Source: Candidatus Methanomethylicia archaeon
Lineage (GTDB): Archaea; Thermoproteota; Methanomethylicia; Nezhaarchaeales; B40-G2
Assembly (NCBI GenBank): GCA_029259155.1
Contig: JAPDJI010000001.1
Location: 8,042-72,041 of the forward strand
Direction: 5' to 3'
Length of the DNA: 64,000 nt
Part shown: one piece after another, positions 26,485 to 33,854 of the stretch
How positions within the stretch are numbered: position 1 is the first letter of the stretch
How the letters are laid out: every line of letters begins with the position of its first letter
Notes under the pieces: generated by a model
The model's database searches: none
Told to the model about the DNA's origin: nothing
Seen by the model: only the letters and a program-made list of their open reading frames with translations
Translations under genes and position numbers: made by a program

Positions 26485-26764
26485 CGGAAGTAGCTGCGAA
26501 TGGTTGGTAAAGAGGCTAGGCTCATCTTTCATCTTTGTTAGGCTCGAGGTGGCTGATAAAGATGGCTCACCTTTACTTCGCCGAAGCCTCTTATTGAAGG
26601 GGAAGCGCGGTCGTGTGAAGCTAGTTTTCACGGAGGAGTACGAGCTGGAGGATGCGTTAAAGACGCTTAGGGCTCAAGGCCTCCTTGTCGGCAGGTTAAG
26701 GCTACGCTCCTCCAGGCCTCCTTCCAAGCTCATTCCTGAAAACCTGAAAGGGGGTGGTGGATAA
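26426..26764 (+). CDS. small basic hypothetical protein (alternative start at MEVRWL, 26465)
   Basis: 112 aa ORF overlapping the preceding gene and ending exactly at the radA start. Confidence 0.3.
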   Translation: MKSMKALWKVKELMEVRWLSGSSCEWLVKRLGSSFIFVRLEVADKDGSPLLRRSLLLKGKRGRVKLVFTEEYELEDALKTLRAQGLLVGRLRLRSSRPPSKLIPENLKGGGG

Positions 26765-27723
26765 TGAAAGAATTAACCCTAAAGGATATCACCGGTATAG
26801 GGGAGAAGACCGCTAAGAAGCTAGAGAAGGCTGGAGTTACTTCGCCTAGGCAACTAGCGTTAATGACAGCATCTGAGCTGGCAGCGCTAGCTGATATAGG
26901 CGAGGCTCACGCCCTGGCCATAACTGAAGCCGCTAGGAGGGAGCTTGAAAAAGTGCTGGGCATAGGTGTGGTGAAGGCTAAAGAACACTACGAACAGTTG
27001 CTGAGACAGCGAAAGCTCACCACTGGATGTAGTGGTCTCGACACCATTCTCGATGGAGGGTTAGAGCCCGCCGCTATAACAGAGTTCGTTGGAGTTTTCG
27101 GTAGTGGCAAGTCTCAGCTCATGCACCAGCTATGCGTAACAGTTCAGCTGCCTGAAGAACAGGGTGGTTTACGTGGAAGGGCCTTCTACTTAGATACCGA
27201 GCGAGGTTTCTCGCCCAAGAGGCTGATAACCATAGCGTCAAGGTTCGGCCTGAACCCTGACGAAGTATTGGATAACGTCTTCAGCGTCTACGTAGTCAAC
27301 TCGGACCACCAAGTAGTGCTTCTCGATGAAGTTGAGAGGCTTGTTAGCAATGAAGGAGTGAAGTTGGTGGTTGTGGACAGCTTCACCTCGCATTTTAGGA
27401 AGGAATATCCTGGAAGGGACCACTTAGCGGAAAGGCAGCAGAGGCTCAACAGGTATTTGGGGCAACTCATGAGGATAGCGGTGACCTACAATGCAGTGGT
27501 AGCGGTTACTAACCAGGTAATGTCTTCACCTGATCCGAGGGATCCTCAAGAGAAGGCTGTAGGGGGCCATATCATGGGTCACGGGACCACCCACCGCATA
27601 TGGTTCTGGAAACGTAAGGGACGTAAGAGACTAGCGCGCGTCATCGACTCTCCGAGACTTCCTGAAGCAGAGGCATGGTTTGAGATTCAGGATGGAGGTC
27701 TTTATGACGCTGAGCCGGAATAG
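26764..27723 (+). CDS. radA: DNA repair and recombination protein RadA (RecA/Rad51 family)
   Basis: The N-terminal HhH is ITGIGEKTAKKLEKAGV. Walker A GVFGSGKSQL, Walker B LVVVDS. 319 aa. Confidence 0.9.
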   Translation: MKELTLKDITGIGEKTAKKLEKAGVTSPRQLALMTASELAALADIGEAHALAITEAARRELEKVLGIGVVKAKEHYEQLLRQRKLTTGCSGLDTILDGGLEPAAITEFVGVFGSGKSQLMHQLCVTVQLPEEQGGLRGRAFYLDTERGFSPKRLITIASRFGLNPDEVLDNVFSVYVVNSDHQVVLLDEVERLVSNEGVKLVVVDSFTSHFRKEYPGRDHLAERQQRLNRYLGQLMRIAVTYNAVVAVTNQVMSSPDPRDPQEKAVGGHIMGHGTTHRIWFWKRKGRKRLARVIDSPRLPEAEAWFEIQDGGLYDAEPE

Positions 27724-28030
27724 TGCTGAGCAGCTTTCTTGGGCGTTAACTAAGCTTAAGTCTAGGTTTACGGGTAAAAGCGAGTCTTGGGTACGTCGAT
27801 GCCTTAAGAGGCTCAGAGACGTAGAGGAAATAGAAGTCGGTACTTGGAGGGTTAAGGGAAGATTTGAGCTCGGCGACCGTTATCCCAATTACCTCGTCAA
27901 GGTAGTGAACGGTAGATACCAGTGCTCCTGCCATGATCCTCATAAGCCTTACTCTAGGTTTCGTAGGAGGTCGGTGTGCAGCCACATAGGTGCTGTCATA
28001 CTTTACAGGGCTTTGAGGAAGCTAAGGTGA
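27680..28030 (+). CDS. SWIM zinc-finger protein (start may be at Met 27704)
   Basis: C-terminal YQCSCHDPHKPYSRFRRRSVCSHIGAVIL matches the SWIM CxCxnCxH pattern. Overlaps the radA 3' end. Confidence 0.65.
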   Translation: MRFRMEVFMTLSRNSAEQLSWALTKLKSRFTGKSESWVRRCLKRLRDVEEIEVGTWRVKGRFELGDRYPNYLVKVVNGRYQCSCHDPHKPYSRFRRRSVCSHIGAVILYRALRKLR

Positions 28031-28572
28031 AGGATTTGAGCTACGAGAAGCTCCAACAGATAGTAAAGGGAGGCTTGACGGCTCTGGTTTACGGTGGAAG
28101 TGCGCTTGAGAGGATCGAGTACCTCATGGAGGTGGCTAAGCTAGCCTTAAAGGAGGGCTCCTTCGCCCTCTACTTCTCTATCTATGAAGGATCCACGTTC
28201 CTCATAGTGGATGTCGCCTCGAGAAAGGGGTTGGAGAATTTACTCGACAAGATCTACGTTGCTATACTACCTCTAGATGTCGCGAAGCTTGGAAAGGTTA
28301 TCGAAGCTCTCCGGGGCTTATTGAACGAGGAGAAGTTAACTCTAATCGTCTACGACCAGGTCTTTACAGCCATTTATTACACGTCGCTGGGCGATCCTGA
28401 GGTCAAGAGTAGGCTTAACACCTTGCTGTCAATGGTTAAGGCTCTTTCAAGGAAACATGGATTCTGCACCTTACTGCTAGACAGGGCTAAGGTGGATGGT
28501 TCTCCTCGAACTCCTCGTTTTATTTTAAGGTATGTAGACGAAAGCGTATCTTTACGCTCAGTCAACGTTTAG
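27976..28572 (+). CDS. degenerate RecA/RadB/KaiC-fold paralog, Walker A lost (alternative start at GTG 28027)
   Basis: IVKGGLTALVYGGSALERIEYLMEVAKLAL sits at the Walker A position without GKT/S. LTLIVYDQVF is Walker B-like. About 180 aa. Confidence 0.5.
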   Translation: MQPHRCCHTLQGFEEAKVKDLSYEKLQQIVKGGLTALVYGGSALERIEYLMEVAKLALKEGSFALYFSIYEGSTFLIVDVASRKGLENLLDKIYVAILPLDVAKLGKVIEALRGLLNEEKLTLIVYDQVFTAIYYTSLGDPEVKSRLNTLLSMVKALSRKHGFCTLLLDRAKVDGSPRTPRFILRYVDESVSLRSVNV

Positions 28573-28950
28573 GGAGGAGGGCTTGGTTTCCATAAGTATG
28601 TTTTTTTCCTCCGTAAATGAAGGGGCACATATACACCAGAACTTGAGCTCCCTATTGCCATTATTCACGGCATAGTGAACAGCTCCTTTAGGTATCAATA
28701 CACAGTCTCCACGTGCAACTTTAAAGATCTCGCCGTCCACGTATACCTCTCCTTTCCCTTCAATGACTAGGTAGAGCTCCACGAAGTCGTGGTGGTGGCT
28801 TAAAGTGGCTTCACCTGGCTTAACGGTAGCTAGAGCTAAGCTGACCTCATAAGTGTTGGTCGGCCTAATACCTATGAGTTCTATTACTTCAGCCCCATCG
28901 GGAGCTTTCACTCTTAGCCCTTTGCGAAGGTTTCTCTTAACAGGCTTCAA
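28558..28950 (-). CDS. cupin domain protein
   Basis: LSHHHDFVELYLVIEGKGEVYVDGEIF is a cupin_2 motif. 130 aa. Confidence 0.7.
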   Translation of the reverse strand: MKPVKRNLRKGLRVKAPDGAEVIELIGIRPTNTYEVSLALATVKPGEATLSHHHDFVELYLVIEGKGEVYVDGEIFKVARGDCVLIPKGAVHYAVNNGNRELKFWCICAPSFTEEKNILMETKPSSLNVD

Positions 28951-29596
28951 GCTTTTTCAGAACCTCCAAGAGCTTAAAAGGTGAGTCTATAACATAGTCT
29001 ACCCATGGACTCACTACCTCTTGATTAGAGACGAGGACGGTTATCATACCAAGCTCCTTAGCTGGCTTAACCTCATCTTCCACCCTATCACCCATATAGA
29101 CGGTTTCCTTCGCTGGTACGCCTAACAACTCTAAGCCTCTCAGGTACGGTTTGGGGCTAGTCTTAGGTTCTACTTCGCTACTAGTGATTAAAGCATCTAC
29201 GGCATCGAGAGGTATCTTGAGCGCTCCCATGGTTCCTAGCGCGTGAGGTCTACCCGAGTTGGTTATGATAGCTACCTTATAGCCCATGCTACGTAACTGG
29301 CGTAGAAACTCAGCGATTTTAGGATCTGGTTTAAGCAGCTCTGTATACCTGAGCCTTTTAGATAACTCATCATAGAAGTAGTGTCGTGATACCCCTACAT
29401 ACTCGATGCTCCTCGTCAAGGTTACGCATATTTTCCTAGCTTCTGTCAATCGGTGCTGAGCTTCTTCAACGCTCACACCGAGTTTTTCCGATACGATCTC
29501 CAGCGTCAGCCTCTTAATCTCAGCCTCATACTTAGGACATCTATAGAGCGTGCCGTCGAGATCGGTTAGTATAGCTTTAATCTTAGTCAACTTCAT
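28937..29596 (-). CDS. HAD superfamily hydrolase
   Basis: KAILTDLDGTLY (DxDGT), IITNSGRP, YMGDRVEDEV (motif IV). Confidence 0.8.
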   Translation of the reverse strand: MKLTKIKAILTDLDGTLYRCPKYEAEIKRLTLEIVSEKLGVSVEEAQHRLTEARKICVTLTRSIEYVGVSRHYFYDELSKRLRYTELLKPDPKIAEFLRQLRSMGYKVAIITNSGRPHALGTMGALKIPLDAVDALITSSEVEPKTSPKPYLRGLELLGVPAKETVYMGDRVEDEVKPAKELGMITVLVSNQEVVSPWVDYVIDSPFKLLEVLKKLEAC

Positions 29597-29657
29597 CCCT
29601 TTCCTTGTTCGAGCAACTTAGACTTATAACTTTCAGCTAGCTATTAGTCTAGCGTGA

Positions 29658-30095
29658 ATGGGAATGAAGCTTAAGACTGTTTTCTTAGCGGCAGGGGTTT
29701 TCATAGCAGCCTTGGGGGTAGGTGCCTTATATTACGCTCTTGAGGTGTATCCATACCTTGTGGCTGGCTATGGAGGCTCTGAGCCCTTTACGTTGAGTAC
29801 GGTTAACGGCTATACTTTCATACTCCCTGTTTGGACCGGGTCTAAGGTAAATGTTCAAGTCTACGCTAACAACACGGTTCAGGTGTGGGTCGAAGGTGAG
29901 TTGATGGGAGAGGGGAATCAGGTTTTCTTTGACCTAGAGCCTGAGAAGCAACATCTAATTATGGTTACTTCCGAGGTTCCCGTCGAGGGGAGAATTTCCT
30001 TCAGACAGCAGCCTCCGGAGGTGCTCTTGCTGGTAGCAGGTTTTATGGTTGTATTAGGGGTGTCTATTTTCATTGCCTCCTTTAAGCTACGCTAG
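29658..30095 (+). CDS. hypothetical membrane protein
   Basis: An N-terminal and a C-terminal hydrophobic helix flank a beta-rich domain. 145 aa. Confidence 0.4.
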   Translation: MGMKLKTVFLAAGVFIAALGVGALYYALEVYPYLVAGYGGSEPFTLSTVNGYTFILPVWTGSKVNVQVYANNTVQVWVEGELMGEGNQVFFDLEPEKQHLIMVTSEVPVEGRISFRQQPPEVLLLVAGFMVVLGVSIFIASFKLR

Positions 30096-30261
30096 CCTTC
30101 CTGTAGCCTCAGTTTTATAGCATACTCCTCCTATCCACTTTTAGGGGCTTGAACTTGTATAATCCATTAGAATATGCTGAAAGGCTGAAGCAACTTGTAG
30201 TTAGAGGTATGGCAAGGAAGTATTATAGAGTAGCTAGAGGCGGTAGATGGTACGGCGGTAA

Positions 30262-30936
30262 GTAGGCTTACGCCTACCCGCATTCGCTACCGCAGACTGT
30301 GTAGGCTGTCCTCTAAAATGCGTGTTCTGCTGGAGTAACGTGTCTCGAGACTCTCCTGAAAGCGTGGGGCGTTTCTATACGCCATCACAGGTGTTTAAGG
30401 CTCTCGATGCTATTGCAAGTAAACGAGGCTACACTCAGCTTAGGGTGAGTGGTAATGAACCTACTCTCGGCAGGGACCACCTTCTAAGCCTCTTAGACCT
30501 CGTTGAGGAGGCAGGGCGCTACACCTTCATTTTGGAAACTAACGGCATCCTAATAGGCCATGACTCATCTTATGCACGCGATCTAGCCAAGTACAGGTGT
30601 ATTCATGTTAGGGTGAGCTTGAAAGGAGCTTCACGTGAAGAGTTTACCAGGCTTACTGGAGCTATACCTGAAGCCTTTGACCTTCAATTAAAGGCACTTG
30701 AAAACCTCCTCAAGGAAGGTGTACCGTGTCATCCAGCTGTCATGTTATCCTTTAGCTCTAAGGACTCGCTCAAAGCGCTAACATCAAAGTTAAGGTCCAT
30801 CGACCCCACCCTCGTCGAGGAACTTGAAGAAGAATACGTGTTCATGTACCCTCACGTAGCTGAGAGGCTTAAGAAGGCTGGAATACAACCTAAGATAGCC
30901 TACAGCCCCAACAGGATACCTGAAGAGCTTATATGA
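30262..30936 (+). CDS. radical SAM domain protein, N-terminus unresolved (possible -1 frameshift with ATG ORF 30209-30265)
   Basis: The in-frame region upstream of the GTG at 30322 encodes ADCVGCPLKCVFCWSN, with CPLKCVFC as the CxxxCxxC motif, followed by SGNEPTLG and ILETNGIL. There is no ATG, GTG or TTG between the upstream stop at 30259-61 and 30322. Confidence 0.6.
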   Translation, partial: VGLRLPAFATADCVGCPLKCVFCWSNVSRDSPESVGRFYTPSQVFKALDAIASKRGYTQLRVSGNEPTLGRDHLLSLLDLVEEAGRYTFILETNGILIGHDSSYARDLAKYRCIHVRVSLKGASREEFTRLTGAIPEAFDLQLKALENLLKEGVPCHPAVMLSFSSKDSLKALTSKLRSIDPTLVEELEEEYVFMYPHVAERLKKAGIQPKIAYSPNRIPEELI

Positions 30937-31020
30937 ACAAAATACCCGCTAAGAGGTTAGCGGAAAGGTTTACGGTTTGCATCAAAGCTACGTAAGCTTC
31001 GCGTGGCAGCTTGCCTATAT

Positions 31021-31734
31021 TCATCCTTCTAGACCCATTAACCTAACCGCATTTCCCCCAAGCACTCTAGCCTTGTCCTCCTCGCTTAGTTGAAGAGAAA
31101 GCAGCTTCTCAACCTCATGCTTCATGTAGCCAAAAGGTATGTCAGAGCCGAACAATAAGCGATGGGAGCCAAGTTCCTCTAAAAACCTCTTTACGGTGCT
31201 GCTCGGAGCCAGCGAGGTGTCGAAGTAGACATTATCTTCATGCTTAAACTTCTCTAGGAAAGCTAGCGGAGAACCTCCGAGCATACCTAAATGAGGTATC
31301 ACGAGCGTCACCTCTGGGAATAAGTTCACGAACCTAACCGTAAACTCAAGCTCCTCCTCAAAGATGACGGGTAAGCGTAACTTGGCAACTGTCCTTGCGA
31401 ATCCCTCAAGCCTAGGGTCAGAGAGCACGCTGTAATTAGATTTTGTATCCGATATCCCTCTGACCCAATGCCACTTAACGCCTCGGAAACGTGGATTGCT
31501 AGGTGGCGTTAAGTCGTCTGGGGCGTAGTAAAACGGTATGAAACTACTATGGTGTTCGGCTTGCCCCAATACCCACTCAACTATGGATGGATCTGACACG
31601 GCTGTGGAAGGGAATGGAAACACTACGGCCCTATCTACCCCAGCCTCCGACATTTGCCTTAAAATCTCCTCTGAGGTTATAGAGATCCCGAGCACCAGCG
31701 ACGGCCCCAAATGTGTATGGAAGTCTATAATCAC
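31021..31734 (-). CDS. amidohydrolase-2 family metal-dependent hydrolase (TIM barrel)
   Basis: MIIDFHTHLGP, a His-rich metal site and a C-terminal D. Confidence 0.75.
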   Translation of the reverse strand: MIIDFHTHLGPSLVLGISITSEEILRQMSEAGVDRAVVFPFPSTAVSDPSIVEWVLGQAEHHSSFIPFYYAPDDLTPPSNPRFRGVKWHWVRGISDTKSNYSVLSDPRLEGFARTVAKLRLPVIFEEELEFTVRFVNLFPEVTLVIPHLGMLGGSPLAFLEKFKHEDNVYFDTSLAPSSTVKRFLEELGSHRLLFGSDIPFGYMKHEVEKLLSLQLSEEDKARVLGGNAVRLMGLEG

Positions 31735-31809
31735 GTTTATCTGCCCCCTAGGGCTCAGCTGGTGATGGTTTTTGTAATTATAGTTCAGAGGAAACCTCCA
31801 CTTTTAAGT

Positions 31810-32310
31810 ATGTCGAGTTACGCTTCCTCTATAAGAGGGTCTACTTTGAAGCGTATTAAGCTAGATCACGTAGCTATCCTCGTAAAGAACTTTGACGAAG
31901 CGCTAAGCTGCTTTAAAAAGCTCTTAGAGCTGAGCGATGACGACGTCATCATTGCTAGGGGGCTGGAGGATGGAGAGGACGTGGTGGATGCAGCCTTCCT
32001 CGAACTAGGCGGGGCTTACATAGAGATATTTTCACCAGCAAAGCCCGATGGAGCCATGAGCAAGGCATTAGAGGAGCGAGGAGAAGGGCTACATCATATA
32101 TGTTTCTCAACCACCGACCTAGAATCAGAGCTGGAAAGAGTTAAGGGACTAGGTTTAACGTTGATAGACGAGAAACCGAGGGTGGATAAATTTGGCGTCA
32201 AGTACTTCTATATACATCCACGAGCTACGTATAGAACCCTGGTATGCTTCATCCAGGCATGGAGAAGAACAGGCCCAAATTCATGGGAAGCTGAAACTAG
32301 AGCTAAATAA
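31810..32310 (+). CDS. VOC family protein, methylmalonyl-CoA epimerase-like
   Basis: IKLDHVAILVKNFDEA and LHHICFSTTDLESELERV are glyoxalase/MCE motifs. ORF track start 31711 overlaps the neighbouring gene; ATG 31810 is likelier. Confidence 0.7.
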   Translation: MSSYASSIRGSTLKRIKLDHVAILVKNFDEALSCFKKLLELSDDDVIIARGLEDGEDVVDAAFLELGGAYIEIFSPAKPDGAMSKALEERGEGLHHICFSTTDLESELERVKGLGLTLIDEKPRVDKFGVKYFYIHPRATYRTLVCFIQAWRRTGPNSWEAETRAK

Positions 32311-32343
32311 CTGCCTCTGCCAGGTACCTTTAGGGAGCTTGAC

Positions 32344-33030
32344 ATGGCATTAAAGGATCTACTGGGCGTAGGTGAGGAAGCCTCTCCAGAACAGCTGGCT
32401 TCAAAGATACCTCAACACCTAAATGACCTTCTTAGAAAATATGGTGAACTGACAAGGGAAGAGAAGATAGCTATAGGTCGGAGTATCCCACTGCTTTACC
32501 CAAACCTATCTCAAGCTCCACCAGAGCTTCAAAGCTTAGAGTATGTAGGAGCCTATAGCGAAGGCCTCGTTGTGAGGGGTGGAAGCTACGGTAACTGGGC
32601 TCTCTACAGAGCTAGAAGACCTATAGTGCTTGGAGGGCGTTTTGGCTACGGTGCTCTTGGCGAGTCAGAGGAGGCGGTAGTGCTTGGAGGTTTCTTCACT
32701 ACGTCAGCTTTCTGGGCTGCTAAAAAACCAATAGTGGTCGGAGGCCAGCTTGGCCAAGACGCCTTCCTAAGAGCAGAGGGGGTGAAATGCTACGTAAACA
32801 CTATAGGATCTCTATGTGAAACCCTTAGCGGAGTAATAGTTGCTAAGAAGCTTGGCAGCGTAGTGGCCCCAGCCTCAACCCTAACCATATACTGTGTAGA
32901 GGTAGACCATGGAAGTGAACACTGTATTAAGATAAACGAGGAGGACTTTGACGACCAGCTCACTCTCGATGGGCTGGAGAAGGCCTTAGAAAAGCTTAAA
33001 CTTAAGTATGGTAACCAGTGCCGAAGGTAG
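32344..33030 (+). CDS. hypothetical protein with Gly-rich beta-helix-like repeats
   Basis: Repeated RRPIVLGGRFGYGALG / AVVLGGFFTTSAF / KKPIVVGGQLGQDAF units. Confidence 0.4.
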   Translation: MALKDLLGVGEEASPEQLASKIPQHLNDLLRKYGELTREEKIAIGRSIPLLYPNLSQAPPELQSLEYVGAYSEGLVVRGGSYGNWALYRARRPIVLGGRFGYGALGESEEAVVLGGFFTTSAFWAAKKPIVVGGQLGQDAFLRAEGVKCYVNTIGSLCETLSGVIVAKKLGSVVAPASTLTIYCVEVDHGSEHCIKINEEDFDDQLTLDGLEKALEKLKLKYGNQCRR

Positions 33031-33538
33031 TGGAGGCTACGCCTTGGAGTACCTAGAGATCAAGGCTGAACCCAATAAGACTAAGAGGATAAAAGTTGAA
33101 TGCGGAGAGTATGAAGTCATCCTTGAGGTTAAGCCTAAAACTACACCTAAACCTCTCGAAGGAAAACTGGCCCTCGTCTTAGATCAAACCCATAAAGGCT
33201 ACAGTCAAACCCTCGAAAGGTACACACCTAGCGGAGTCGAAATCCATGAAATAGCAGGTATAGGCTTAACCGAGACCGTAAAGGTAGGGGAACGGACCTA
33301 TAGACATCCAGCTGTCGACGACTACGACGTTCTAAGAGTCATAGAGAGCTTAACCAAACGCTTCCCTGTAACGATTTTCGTCACTGGAGACAAAACCCTC
33401 AGTGAAGAAGCCAAGCTCTTAAGGACAGCTAAAGGTCTAAACGTCGAAGTCCGCTACATGCCGCCCTCCGACTACATGGGAAAGGAAGCTATCATACAGG
33501 CCATCATAGACACCATTAAGCAGATACTTGAAGCCTAA
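33008..33538 (+). CDS. hypothetical protein, PIN-like C-terminal domain
   Basis: LALVLDQT and VTIFVTGDKTL resemble the first and last PIN motifs. Overlaps the upstream gene. Confidence 0.35.
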   Translation: MVTSAEGSGGYALEYLEIKAEPNKTKRIKVECGEYEVILEVKPKTTPKPLEGKLALVLDQTHKGYSQTLERYTPSGVEIHEIAGIGLTETVKVGERTYRHPAVDDYDVLRVIESLTKRFPVTIFVTGDKTLSEEAKLLRTAKGLNVEVRYMPPSDYMGKEAIIQAIIDTIKQILEA

Positions 33539-33599
33539 ACGGCCAACCAAGCCGCAATGGAGTAATCATTTAAAACCCCCTCTCTATAACACAGCCCGG

Positions 33600-33672
33600 A
33601 GCCGGGTGGTGTAGCGGCCAAGCATCACGGGCTTTGGCCCCGTGGACGGCGGTTCAAATCCGCCCCCGGCTA
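33600..33672 (+). tRNA. tRNA-Gln (anticodon TTG), no intron, CCA not encoded
   Basis: Folded manually. Acceptor AGCCGGG/CCCGGCU, anticodon stem ACGGG/CCCGU with loop CUUUGGC, T-arm GGCGG-UUCAAAU-CCGCC, discriminator A. Confidence 0.8.
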
Positions 33673-33854
33673 TAATTGAATAACTAAAGTTTTGCTCTGA
33701 TTTTGACCCTTGGCCCTTCGTTAGGGATTAAAAATTTTGGATGAACTCATGTAAATCTTCCATCAGTTTTCCTACTCAATCATACTAAGGTAGACTTGCA
33801 TGGCGAATAGTCTTTATTAAGGGGGTTTGCTTTATCTGGGGCGCTGCTGGAGGT

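Noticed and set aside
33600-33672. tRNA intron or integrated element at the tRNA-Gln gene
   Set aside because: The tRNA folds canonically with a 7-nt anticodon loop and no insertion. The flanking genes are ordinary metabolic genes with no integrase or direct repeats.
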